Below are positions 45,295 through 58,558 of a DNA stretch of 64,000 bases, in pieces. Position numbers and translations under genes: made by a program. The notes under the pieces are model-generated. The model worked only from the letters and a program-made list of their open reading frames with translations. It did not search any database and was not told the DNA's origin. Position 1 is the first letter of the stretch, and every line of letters begins with the position of its first letter. Source of the DNA: Marsupella aquatica (taxonomy: Eukaryota > Plantae > Marchantiophyta); the NCBI GenBank assembly GCA_973895155.1, contig OZ316899.1, forward strand, positions 705,573-769,572, given 5' to 3'.

Positions 45295-48200
45295 TGTGAA
45301 CTGGTACAGGCAGTTGTAGCTACCTTTGTGAGTTGTATCCTAGTGTGGTAGAGTGGTCAGACCGTTAAAGAACACTTTAACCTCTAAAGACCTGAATTCG
45401 TTCCCTGTAAGAGTGAATGAAAAGCAAATTGGTACTAAAAAGATCAAATAAGATGTTGATTTCGGTGGAGGTGCAACTACATTTTGCACGGGAGGAGGAT
45501 GCATGCTTTACGGCCATGCAGACCAAGAAGTACCAAGGCTTCATGGCCGGATCCGGCTTAGAGGCCTTTGTAAGATTACCATGGCTGAAGCCGGAGGTAC
45601 CGGAGTCAGACCTATTAGAATTCGTGGGGTCATGGGAACCCGAGACCAATTGCACGAGGATATATGGGAAGGATTTCTATCTTACTCCCAAGGTAATTGC
45701 CGAAGTGTTTGGCTTGCCGATAGGCAATAAGACCAAAGTTGATACCAGGAAGACCTTGCCTGACAAGGAGTTCCGGTCGTTCCCCGGGCCATCAACAAAG
45801 AATGGCTTCTTCCGGAACACCTGCACCAACCCGCACATAGGAGAGATGATCGACTTCTTGCGGGTGACCATGCATTGTAACTTGCCGAGGGCAGAGATCG
45901 GCAAAGCACAGGTCTATCTGGCAGAAAGGCCAGACCCAAGCTGGGACTACAACGGGTACCTCCTCAACCAATTGAAGAAGATCTTAAAGGAGGAGCAGCA
46001 GGTAATCGGCATGGGGAGCGTATCGCGGCTTGGCTATCACATGCCGCTGTTGTGCCGGTATGCCAGAGGTCAGACTTTTGCCCCAGTACTTCCCCTGCAG
46101 GTAAGGGCACCCGAGGAAGCTCCAACGCCGAGGCCGTTGGCTGAGAAGCCTCAACCACCTGTTAGCCCTACGATCGAGCAGGTGTTTAGGCCCAGGAAGG
46201 AGGACTTGCCGATGCAGCAACCAGGCATGCAGAGTCTGCTGAAACTACTGGAGAAAGAAAAGAAATCGGCATCGGCAACAACAACGGCAACGGCAACAAT
46301 GCAGGACACTACTACAGAGGTAGGCCTACACCGGCTCACAAGAGAAAACCCCTTTGCTGGAGACAAGGAGAGAATCAGGCCGGAATCCAAGCCAGGTGTT
46401 CGAATGTATGTGGGAATCTCAAGCTCCAAATCTGAGGCAGAATTGCCTGAAGCTCCTACCGACGAAGAGGAGAGGGAGAAGCCGGACGTCCAAGAAGTAG
46501 AGGAGGCAATGGAGGACTGCAGCCATGATAATTCCGGCTATGGGTCGGACCATCACGTTCCAGGAGTAAGGACCTGTGGCCGGTTTGTCCCCACACTTCC
46601 AAGGGTAGTGCGAGGGGACCCCAACCAGCAGAGTAGCCCTGAGTCTCCCCCACCAGACGTTGCTCCCCCGAGCTTTGACGGCATAAAACAGACGGTGCAG
46701 GAATTTCAGGAGCGAATCAGGTAGGAAGAGGAGGCAGCCCTGGCTAGGGAAAAGGATTTACCAGGAGGAGATTGGCCGGAGGACATCAGGCGGCTAGCCA
46801 AAAAAGGAAGCAAACCTCTAGCCACGATTGAAGAGATCCGCAGGACGGCTTGGGAGCAGAGGCCGCGATGGGCGATGCCGATCACTTCTACTTACTCCAC
46901 CTACGCTAAGAATAGAGCCATGGAGTATGGTGAGATGTGTGGGGAACTTGCGCTCGGCATCTTTGGAGAGGAGTTGGAGGTAGGACCCTTTTTCCATAGG
47001 GAGCAGTTGGAGAAGCACCAATTAGAAGAAGCGGTGGCTTTAGAGAGAAGCAAGAAGGACGAGGTCATTCGGCGGCTTAGGAGGATGGAAGCCGAGATTG
47101 AAGATCTAAGGGCGGCCAAGAAAGCCCAAGATGAACTGCGGATTAAACGACATGAGCTGAACATCATGTAGGGGCAGTTGGACACCGCGCAGGCTGATAA
47201 TCAGAATATCAAGGAAAAACTGACTCAGTCGCAGGGAGAGTTGGCCGACACGATCAAAGAGAGGGAGAAGTGGAAGCAAGAGCTGAAGAATACAGAGGAG
47301 GCCCACATAACAGCCAACAGCCGGGCCATGGCGGAGACCCAAAGAAAGGAATGGGCGTTGAAGGGGGAGCTCGAGAAAATCCGCGGAGCCCTTGAGCAGA
47401 AGGAGGCCGAGTTAGGGAAATCCTATCAAGGGATTATGGCGCTGCAGCAGGAGCTTGCGTCCCTGACGGCCAGCTTCAAGGCCGACCTAAGGGAGAAGGA
47501 CGAGATGCTCGAACAGACTTACGCCAAGATGAACCAGATGGAGTCTGTCATCATTGCAGAGCTCGACAAGGAGCTAAGAGCAACCCGGGAGGAGAGGACT
47601 ACCTTGAAACAAGAACGGGAGGAAGCCCAAAAGGAACTAGAGGAGGCACGCAAGGACCTGGATGAGACCCAGGAGGAGTTGGAGGAAATCACGAGGAAGA
47701 TGGAGAACCTCCAGCGGCGGGCCGACAACCAAACGGAGCGGTTGAAGAAACAAGCCGCAGTATTTAAGTGCTTGTCTTCATCAGGCCCAACTCCAATTGG
47801 GGCAACCAAGTTACCAGGAGTGGTACTGGCCGAAGAAAAAGCCACGCCACCTGCACCAGTGCCGGAAGTAAGTGGGAAGGGGAAGGGACCAGCTGCCGAA
47901 CCAGAAAAGAAGAAAAAGCGGAAACCTTCAGGGTCAAGGAGTAATCCGACTCCACAAGCCGTGGTGACCAAGGAGGTAGAACCAGCACCATCCTCCGGCA
48001 TGAATACGGCAATAGATCCCGCTATCATCACAGGTGGGGGTGGTGCGGCCCAAGCCGAACTACTCAGTAATGAGGCCGGTATTCCAGATCCGCCTCTTGA
48101 GCAGGCCGGGGAGACCGTAGCCGAGGCTGAGGCCGTAACCGATTCCCGAGCCGATGCCGACGCCGATGGTGGACCCAGTCAGGCCGATGGAGAGTTGACT

Positions 48201-49211
48201 CAGTCAAGGGCAGGTAATTTGTCAGAAAATGAACCTACGGCAGTGGCTGAGGAGGAAGCGTTGGGGGCGTCCATTAAGGATCCACCACCGGTGTCGTGAC
48301 GGTGCAAGGGCGCCGTTCCTTTTAGGGAGGGCGGACGTGGAGGGAGGAGGCGTGAGTGGGCAGGGCGGGCGCTGATCTCCAAGTTTAAGATTAGAATCAG
48401 GACCAGGAGCGGCCCTGACACTTAGCTTAGTGGGATTGCGGTCCCATTGGTAGGAGCAACACTTGTGCTCCTGCCTTGCTGTACATAGGTAGATTCGGGC
48501 AAGTAGATTACTGTTAAGTAGATTAGGCTTACGATGCAAAGAATGGCGGATCCACTACCAGGATAAGTACCTGGGCAGCGGGGAGCTCAGAGCCTCTTCT
48601 TTAGCAAGTTTTTAGTTTGCACCAGCCGGGCTGGGATCAAGTAGTACGAGAAGCTCTCGGTTAGTCATACAGTGACCCTTGTGTATATTCATGTTTCCTC
48701 ATGCCTAAGAGCTGAATAGAGTTGGCCTCACGGCTTAGTTCGCAGAGCTTGTGTATGAGATGTACTGTTTGTATGGCAAGTGCATGGTATGACTCAGTCA
48801 GAATGAGTCATTTTGCTATTTGTGTGTCGCATTAACTTGTGTGAAGAGTGCCCACATCAACCAAAAGGAAGGAAAGTAAGCAGGGGAGTGAGAGTTGGAT
48901 GTGTCGAGCTGAGAGAGGTCTTAGCGGCTTAACCAAGCCTATTGGGGATCATTCCGGCGGCGGAATCCAAACATACCTAACAAGACGGAGGGGAAGACAG
49001 GGGAAGGCCTAGATTAGGCCGGCTACGTATCTCATGACCCGATGAAGGATCTGTCCAGTATATGTGTGTAAAATGTTAATAGTAGTAGTAGAAGGTTAGC
49101 AGCGTCCCATGCCGCTAAGCTGCGGAAACGGCCTCGCCAAGCGCGAAACCTGCGGGAATCGGCTTGAGCTGGGGGGTTTCTTGGGTTTAGGGAGCCATGG
49201 GACGCACCACA
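45295..49211 (+). repeat. 5' LTR (3,917 bp) of a second, divergent Athila-like family
   Basis: Begins TGTG where the chromovirus breaks off and ends CACA. Followed by TTTT and the same tRNA-Asn-like PBS (49216), then a gag homologous to copy 1. No partner LTR is in the window. Confidence 0.75.
45417..48299 (+). pseudogene. LTR-encoded ~960-codon ORF of family 2, homologous to the copy-1 LTR ORF
   Basis: ORFs 45417, 46875 and 47178 are one frame broken only by TAG at 46722 and 47169. Shared core LPW...EFV...FGLP.G...NGF...TC..P.I.E...PR.EI..AQV, then a long coiled coil. Confidence 0.85.
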
Positions 49212-49280
49212 TTTTTGGCGCTAGATGGAGGGGGCATTTCTTAAGCCGTGAGATATGAAGTTAGAATGGAAGCGTAGGTA

Positions 49281-49760
49281 ATGACTGACCTTACGCCGAG
49301 GGAAGAAAGAGTGATTCAACGGGAGAGAGCTCGACTGCAGCAGCTCGTCGGGTGGCATGATACACAGCGACTGAGAGGGGCAGAAAGAGCTGGTAGCTCC
49401 GAAACTGGAAGTGGCGTCGAAGAAGACATACCAGAAGAAGAGTCGGTAAGGAGAAGTGAGTCTCCAACCGACATGGGGGAACCAGAGGCACGGCCAGACG
49501 AGAGGCCAGGGACCAGATTGAGCCAGCGGTTGCGCATACATTACAAGGCATTTCATGGGAGAGGAGATGAGGATCCGGACGAATGGTTGGATGATTTCGA
49601 GGGAACCGCTGCAGCAAATGGAGAATCGGCCATCAAGATGCAGATTCTTCCCGGCCTGTTCAAGGGTGAGGCTAGGCCTTGGTACAGAGCATTAGATGTG
49701 GAAGATCAAGCCATCTGGGATATCTTCAAAACACTTCATCTTCTGTTCAAGGAAGGGTGA
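49281..49760 (+). pseudogene. Truncated gag N-terminus of family 2
   Basis: HYKAFHGRGDEDPDEWLDDFEGTAAANGE...GEARPWY aligns with the copy-1 gag; breaks off at a rearrangement junction. Confidence 0.88.
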
Positions 49761-49771
49761 GGCATTTAGGG

Positions 49772-49974
49772 TGATTCGCTCCTGAAATTCCTGCGCCGTC
49801 TGTTTTATGCCGTCAAAGCTCGGGGGAGCAACATCTGGTGGGGGAGACTCAGGGCTACTCTGCTGGTTGGGGTCCCCTCGTACTACCCTTGGAAGTGTGG
49901 GGATAAACCGGCCACAGGTCCTTACTCCTGGAACGTGATGGTCCGACCCATAGCCGGAGTTATCATGGCTGTAG
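49772..49974 (-). repeat. ~200-bp inverted copy of 46519-46719, flanked by TTTAGGG on both sides
   Basis: Reverse-complement match; TTTAGGG at 49765-49771 and 49975-49981. Confidence 0.9.
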
Positions 49975-51534
49975 TTTAGGGTCCTTCCCCGCAGCCGAGT
50001 ATGCTGACGTGTATCATCATAATTCTTGACGAATTCTGTCATGTCCTCCCCGTAGTACCTGCAAGTGTTCCAAGGCAGAGCGGCGAGGTGCTCGAATCCC
50101 TGAGTCTTCAGGTACACCGCATGCTTGGGATGGAGGATGTTCTTATGCACGTTTTCCCCCATGCGGTGCATTGTTACCTTGGCCACGGCTACCGTGGCCA
50201 ATGGTAACCCGGATACAGTGGCGGGTTCCTTCCTCTTCTTCCCCCATGACTGGCTCGGGGAAGGTGACACCTCCCCATCCTCTCGATCGGGCATAGGTAG
50301 TACTACCGCTGTTAGTATTGGTCCCGGGGCAGCCACGGTCACCGTGTTGTCTGCTGGAGCCGCTCCTTGGGTCGAGCATGGGGAGGGGACGATGCAGTGT
50401 CGGCCCCCTGAGTGTTTACTCCTCTGGGCCGCCTGAGCAAGGGTGGGGTAGCCTCGTCGTCATCGCTAAGGTCCACAACGTTGATGACGGAGCGTACTTG
50501 TACTACTGGCGGGGCGATCGGCGGTGGGGGTTGGCTAGGCTGAGGCTGAGACTGAAGCTGAGCCTGAAGCTGAGCCTGAGCCTGAGTCTGCGTTGGTACG
50601 GGTACGGGTATGGGGTCCACTGGGCTGGCGCCGGTGGTTGCGGGTCTAGTTCCCATGAAGCTCTGCAGGTGCTGGTAGAAGTTCTCCAAAGCAAGTGCGG
50701 ACGACCTTGTCGAACGGGTAGTGGTGGACTCGCTGTTGATGATAACCCGAACCTGAGCAGGGATGTGGTCGAAGTCATGTCGTTGCAAGTCGATCGTACC
50801 CGGGATATTGAAGACCTCGTCCGGAAGCCGAAGCAATGCTTCCCAAAAACCGATATATTTGTCTCCATTGAAGAAGTACCGAGATACCTCTGCTGGTCGG
50901 TAAAGCTTGCTCTGAGACGGGTAGTCAAAGTTAAGGATGTAGTGGTGTCATCCTGCTAGGCAGATGGCTCTCTCGTACTCGCGTTCAATTTTGTATCGGC
51001 GCGGGTTGGCGTGTTTCAATGAGTCGGCCAAGTGCCTTCCGGTAGATAGGAACTGCGTCCAGAATCGAATGGCCGAGCTGGAGAGGATCGTGTGCAACAT
51101 TCAGAGGAGATAGTAGTGGCGACTTAGAGCGAACAAGAGAGCTGGGGTCGAAGCTGGCGCGTGGACTGATGGACTGGTGCACTCCAAAGGGTCGGCTCCC
51201 TTTTTATACCTTGAGGGCTTGCCGATCCCCCGACATCTCCTCGACGCCCATAGGCTGAACCGCTCACGCTTGTGGTGTACCGGCCACTCCGCCGGTCTGA
51301 GTCAGCGCGTGTCAGTGGCCGCTTCCTTAAGTTTGTTATACGGACCCGAGGGAGGGGCCCCTCCACGCTCGTAACCTGGGTGTGCGAATAGCGACTCATC
51401 GCCAGTCCGAACCTGAATTCCCCCTTATTGCCTAATGATGTCCTACCCATAATGATTACCTAAATACTGTCGTTATGCTAATAATAGCAGCCTAAGACAC
51501 TCCTAACGCGCGTGCTGAGCGCAGTTAGACCGAA

Positions 51535-54500
51535 TCACTCATTAACCGCCGTACCGGCGGCGTCACATAGCTCCCTGCTTAATTGTGAAGCGTCCTCGCG
51601 AACATCACTCTCGGCGTCGTCATCTTGATGGTGGTACTTTTTTACACGATCGTAGCTGATTCGCGTGGGGAGTAAATCGCCGGCATACGTCGCAAGCTCC
51701 AAAGATCCGTTACGGTAGATCTGATTGACAAGGAAGGGCCCTAACCATCGGGTATGAAGCTTCCCTGGAAACTGCATGTACCTACTATCGTACAGAAGGA
51801 CTAGATCGCCTGCCACGACGTCGACCCTCCGTAGTCCTTTGTCGTGCTGCTTCTTCGAAGTTGCCTGTTTCTTCAGGGCGTGTCGAGCTGCTAGTAGCCG
51901 TGCTTCTTCTAGGGCTTCAATCTGATAAGCTCGGTCTGACAAACTTTCAGGTTCGGGTAAGCGATCCCGAATGCTGACTCGTGGAGTGTGTACTTCAAAC
52001 TCGACGGGTACCAACGAATGTTGGCCGAACATGAGAAAGTACGGGCTGTGACTCGTAGTAGTTTTGTAAGCGAGATTATACGAGTACACCGCTGCGTACA
52101 ACTTATTATCCCAATCCATTTTGTGCGCCGCTACCGTATTGTTGAGGATTTTCCCAATGATACCATTGGCTCTCTCTGTCATCCCGTTGGCCTTAGGATG
52201 ATACGGGGTAGTCTTGCGGTCTTGACTAGGTAACGCTCCATAAGCTGGGCTACGGTGTCATTGAGGAAGTGGGTTCCACGGTCGCTTACCAATTCTAAGG
52301 GTGGGCCGAACCGGGTGAAAATCTGTTCATATAAGATCCTGGCGCTGGTTGCGGCGTCGTCCTTCACCGTAGCCCGTGCTTCGACCCACTTGGTGGAGTA
52401 ATCAATAGCTAGCAGGATGTACCTGCATCTTCATCTTCGGGTAACGGGAGTAAATGGCCCGATATAATCAATACCCCACTTTTTGAACGGTGCTAATGGA
52501 AGTACGGACGTGAGAGGGTGATGATGAGCTCGTCTCGGGGCCCCAGCCCGCTGACACAGGTCACAGCCCTTGATGAAGCGTTGTACATCCCGATGCAACG
52601 TAGGCCACCAATATCCGGAGTCCAAAATCTTTCGGGCTGTTGTGATAGCCGCGAAATGGCCTCCAGCTTCTTCTTCATGCAAGGCCCGCATCACGATAAG
52701 CGTCTCCTTATACTCCAAGCAGCGTCGTAACTTCCCATTAACTCCTTCCTTATGTAGGTGACCCTGTACCATGACGTAAGGCCCGGCTTTCGGTAGAAAC
52801 ACAGTGGCGGCTTCCTGATTGATGCCGTCAGGGATGCGGCCTGTCAAGTGGAAGGTGATAATTGAGCCGTACCACGTTGGCGTCCCCGCCCCTACGTGGA
52901 ACAACTCCTCATCCGGAAAAATATCATCAATTGGCTGATCGACTGGTACGCCGTCCAGCCTTGAAAAGAAGTCGGCATTGAGGTGTGCCTTTCCGGGCCG
53001 AACCCGAACTTCGTAGTTAAATTCCTGGAGAAGTAGCACCCACCGGGCTATCCGTCCCGTCACGTCCGCTTTGTTGACCATGTACTTTAGGCTATCATGA
53101 TCCGTGTGGAATATGACCTTGTAGCCTAGCAGATAGTGTCGGAACTTTTTACACGAGTAGATTATTCCCAGAGCTTCTCGATCAGTGGGGGAATAATTCT
53201 TTTCGGCTGTGAATAATTGACGGCTAGAGAAGTAGATGGGGTGGTCGCGTCCGTTCTCATCAAGCTGACTGAGCACGGATCCAATACAGAACCCTGACAC
53301 ATCGACATACACGTGGAACTCCTTATTCCAGTCCGGAGTGACCATGATAGGTGCGGTGGTGAGTCTTTTACGGAGTTCTTCGAAAGCAATCCGTCTCCTG
53401 GGTGTCTCCTCGATCACCGCGTCCTTTTTCATCATCTCAGTCAAGGGCAGCGCTATTTTAGCAAAGTCTTTAATAAACCGATGGTAATACCCTACACAGC
53501 CCAAGAAGGATCGTACCGTTGTTTGATCTACGGTAAACACCACTGCCATCCAGGCCGCGACCTTCTCTTGGTCCACCTCGATACCCCGTTTGGACACACG
53601 ATGCCCGAGTAATACTCCCTCCTCTACCCCAAAAAAACATTTAGCGGGATGTAGTTTGAGGTTAACCTCTCGGCATCGTTGGAACGTACATCTTAGGTGT
53701 TCGAGGTGCATGGCGACAGTTCCAAAGATGGCGAAGTCGTCGATAAATATCTCCAGAAATTCCCGTAGGAAGTCATGGAAGATATTCATCATGAGTCGCT
53801 GAAACATGGCCGGAGCGTTACACAATCCGAACGGCATTCTCCGAAATGCGAAAGTCCCCCATTCCGTAGTGAACGTTGTTTTGAGCTGATCCGAGAGGCG
53901 AATCCAGATTTGGTTATAACCCGAATACCCATCAAGGAATGTATAAATTTCATTTCGGGCTACCATATCTAGAACCATATCCGTGAATGGTAACGGGTAA
54001 TGGTCTTTTTGGGTTGCGTCGTTCAGCTTACGATAGTCCTGACAAATTCGGATCTTAGGTTTTCCGTCCGTTCCTCCTTTTTTCGGTACAATGACGATGG
54101 GAGAGACCCAATCGCTGGCCATTACCGGGTAGATGATATCTGCGGCGAGGAGACGATCAATTTCCTCCTTCACTAAGATGGCTTGGGTTCATGCGACGTT
54201 GTCGCTGCCGTACTGCATGGGCCCCCAGATTCAAATCGATCGTGTGTTCTCCTAACTCGGGGGAGACTCCTGTTAAATCGTGATGGCTCCATGCAAACAC
54301 ATCTTCATATTCCTTGAGCAAAGCTTGGATGGATTTTTCAGCCTCCCCTGTCAGAGCGTGGCCCAGGTTAAAAGATTTGTCCATCCCAATGGTGTACTTC
54401 CGGTAGTGCTCCTTCCTGATGACTTCAACCTGGTTTTGCAGGCTCGGGTCCAGGCTCGCATCAAGCTCAACTAACCGAACTCCTTCGTACATGGGTGGAA

Positions 54501-57500
54501 CCGGGATTGGTCTCGGGATTGGAGTTACTTCCTCCAATTGCGGAATGGACGGATCCCATGAGGCTCGTTTCTTATGTCTCGGTCTCGAGTTTTCAGCCTC
54601 GGGCGGTTGTTGGGCTGGTTCGTGGTCACGAGGCTCTGCAACGGTAGAAGCAGCCTCGGCTCCCTGCTTAGCTAGAGCCGTGTCCTCCGTCTCGATGAGT
54701 TGTTCGTGCGTTTCCTCATCCCCTGCAGTAGATGTGCTTGGGGTGGACTCAATGGCAGCCCTCGGGTAATTTAGGAGATGTGTTTCGCGGGTTGCTTCAA
54801 CTCCGAAGACATCTTCCTCGGACAGGGACGAGATGAGTTCAATCATATTGAGTTCCTCTTCCTCCGAGGTCTCCGAATCATATTCCTCGGGTCCTTGTGG
54901 GGTTTCTCCCTGATAATCGTCCATTGCCCATGATACCCGTACGGTGGGTGTCCCAAACCGTAGCTCCTTCTTTCCCCAATCCGTGACCACACGGCCACCG
55001 TACAGCCACGGCCTGCCTAGGAGGACCGGATAAGAGGAGGGCCGAACCGGCCTCATAACTAGGAAGTTGAGATAGAACTCCACCCCTCCTACCAGAGTGA
55101 GTACCCGTGTAAGCGTGCCCAATGGAAGTACCCTTGCCCCGTTTGCTAATCTGATAGCTCGGGCTGTGGGTTGATACGTGAGGTATCCTAACTTGACTGA
55201 CGTCTCTTCCGTCATGATGTTGACTCCCACTCCTCCGTCTACGAGAACCATCCTGATGGTACAATTATTAATTTCAATCGAGATGTCCGGCGCTCCCAGG
55301 TCCTTGCATATCATGTTGCAATCCGCGGTCCCAACTCGGGGTAGTCGTCTCCGTCGTCGACCCGTAAGCAACTCCCTCAGTTGCCGTATGTACTGTGGAT
55401 TGTTTTGCAGCAGTTGTCCTACCGTTGCTGTAACCGGGCAACTCTTCACGTCCTCCTTAATATCATAGTCCTCCTTCTTTTCTTCCTTCGGCTGCTGCTT
55501 GGCTTCCTCTTGCTTATCTTGCTTTTCTTGCTCCTGTCGCCGGGCTGTCTCGGTTGCTTTGATGTCCTTATCGATTGCCTTCTGGTATTCCCGAGCTTCG
55601 TAGTCCTCCAGCTGTTTCTTTACCAATTCTTCGATGCGGGGGAAAAATAGCTTCGGGTCATCCCGTCGGTAGTCATCATCCTTCTCCGGGGGTATATCTA
55701 TCGCTGGCTGCACCGGAGTAGTATCTTGCTTTTTCCTGCGTTTCTCCTCCTGCTTCTCTTCCTTCCGTTCAGCTCTTGTTGACACACGATAGCACTCAGC
55801 CTCGTCAGATGGATTAGGGTGTTCCGCCACATCCACCAGATTCACCCACTCGGTATTGTCATCCTGCCATTCCACCGCAATCATTTGGACAACCGCATCA
55901 CTCGTGGTCGGTCCGCCCTGGGCTGGTCTTGCTGCATTTGTTCGAGCGGCCATGACCAATGGACAGTTGGCCGTGGAATGAGCTTCCGTTTTGCAGACTT
56001 GACAAAGTGGCATGCCACGGCCATCCCCCTGGCGTCTTGGTTTGGTGCATTCCCTCGCAAAGTGTCCTGGCTTTTCACAGTTATAACAAACCGGGGATCG
56101 CCAAATCCCTGGCTTAGGAGGGATGCTCGGGTTACTGATAACCTGGAAACTCCGGCCATTGTTTGGGTAGGGGTACGCAGTTCTACCCGCTAAATGACGC
56201 GGACCTACCGTTGAAATCTGGTACACGGAATCAGGAGGGTCCTCAAAGAAATACTCTGTGGACTCCGATTCGGGACCCGGGTTGTCAACATCATCCAGCT
56301 CTACTTGGTGAACTCGGTTCTTCCACCTTGGGCATTCCTGCACCACATGGCCGGATTGGAAGCACTTTGAACACCACGCATGGGCTCGAATCTCAGATGG
56401 CTTCTTCTTCTCCACCGGCTTTTCCGCAAGATGTACTGACAGTGCTTTGAGTCGATCCGTGATTTTGTTCAGCTTGTCTGCTTCGGCAGCCTTTGGATCT
56501 GGTATCGTTCTTCGCGCCCGGGGTTTGATCTTCCCCTCCTTCTTCACTCGTCTCTTCTTCTTTTTGCTCCGGCTTTCGCTCTCCGAGTCACTTCCTGATG
56601 AACTGGAGATAGAGGATCCGATGCTTGAAGCTGAATCTGAACTGGATTCCGTCTCCGAGCTGGACGAGGTCGAACGATGTTTCTTCTTCTTCTTGCATTT
56701 CTTCTTCCTCTCGTCGTCCAATTCGGAGTCACTGTCATTGAAGGTCTCGTACTTACCCTTCTTGCGGCGTGCTCGCTGGCTCCGCCGGGAGTTATAGGTG
56801 GACTCCCGGTAAGTTTTGGCGCACGCTATGGCCGCCTGCATTGAAATTGGATTATTCTGGCATACCCAGAATTGCATATTCGTGGGCAAACCATGAAGGA
56901 ACCATGTAAGCTGGAGCGCGTCTCCCGGCCTGGGCCGGATCTTGGCCGCAAGTTTCTGAAACTTCTGAATGAACTTCCGCAGGGACTCCTTCTTTCCCAT
57001 GCAAAGTTGGCCAATCTTTAATAGAGAACGCTGTTCTGATCCAATGGCACGAAACTCCTGCAGCAATGCAGCTTGGAATTGTGCCCATGTAGTCCCGGGT
57101 GGCAATGAGTTGTACCATGGACGAGCTTCTCCCCGCATCACTCCCGGGAGGACGGTTAGCTTAATGGCGTCTTCCCCATTAGCTTTAGCAGTGGCTTCAA
57201 ACTCATCCAACCATTCATCCGGATCATCCCCATGACGCCCCTTGAAAGGTCGATAATGAAATCGCGATCGTTGTGATATTTGTGGAGGAGCTTGAGCAGC
57301 GCGGGCCATCGGTGGAGCGGCTGCCATAGGTGGTGGTGGAGGTGGCGGTGGTGGTGGTGGTGGCGGAGGAACCGCAGCAGGACCGGTCGAACCGGACCCC
57401 GAAGGTCCCGGGGGTATGTTCATACGTCGGGGCGATTGCGAGTCCTCCGAGCCCAAAGAATCGGAACTTGTCGTGGTTGCACTTTCTCGTTCGCTGGTCA

Positions 57501-57540
57501 ATCTCCTCAAGTAAGCTGCTTGAGAACGAGTGACGGGCAT
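51535..57540 (-). pseudogene. gag-pol of copy 2, disrupted
   Basis: Colinear with 34247-40246. Small deletion and frameshift near 54175, nonsense codon at 52431, 1-bp deletion near 52185. Confidence 0.95.
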
Positions 57541-58558
57541 TTACTCATATAAATGCGATGGTTAGTACTACGTCCTGATGTATCCTGCCTAGGTGAATAC
57601 GCACATGTCTCCCCTCTATGATATGTAGAGTGCCCCCTCCATCTAGCGCCAAAACAAAGGCTATGTCACGTCATTGGCTTCGGCCTTAACTCAGACTTCA
57701 GCTTAGATGGGCACATCCCTCGTAAATCTGAGGGTTCGGGCAGGGAGGGAAGCGCGTAATGCACCTAATTCACGTAAACTAGCGCTAAGTGCGCCTACTG
57801 TTAGATACGGACATCTTCTAGGTATGGTTTGTGTTCCGCAGTCGGAATGTACCTTAATCGATAACAGGATCGACCTCGGCTTAAGGACTTCTAAGCCTTC
57901 GTGTTGTCCGCCTTCGATCCGGATTCCATGATACAGGTCCTCAACCCGTGCTCGCAACCACATCCCCACAAGCTGCACCTCGTGCACAATTCGGGTAGTG
58001 CGTTCGGCCCGGCGTTGTCACCTATACACAAGATTCACACACACATACACGCGCACAAGCATACAATCTCGATTTACATGAAGGAAATAATGGGAAAGGA
58101 TTTTACTACATAGGGGACATGTGCGTACACTTGGTTGACCCGATAGCTCCGGAATGAACAGGTTCAAGGCCAAGAGAGTATACTACAACGGAGCCCGGCT
58201 CCGCACTCGCCCGGCGAGCTTAGTCCTACCCCCTCCCCTTGGTACTCTTTCACTCCCAGAAGCCGGGACTCCCCGCACATACCACCGATGTCCAACTCTG
58301 AGACTAAAAACCCCCCTGCCTCTACCGAGGGGTGCACTAAATACTAAGGGCCGAGGGACGGGGTGTCCTCTCGCCGAAGATTCGCTGACTAAGGTCCTAA
58401 CTAAGCTGACAGTCAGGCCGGAAAACGGCTGTGTCTTATTAGAAGATCCTAATCTACGCAAGCTGGACAGCATGGCAGCGCTGCTGTACCTAAGGCAGGT
58501 GCCTGTCCCAAGAGCCTGACTAAGCTAGTCCTAATCCTAATCTATTCCTGCTCCGCTG

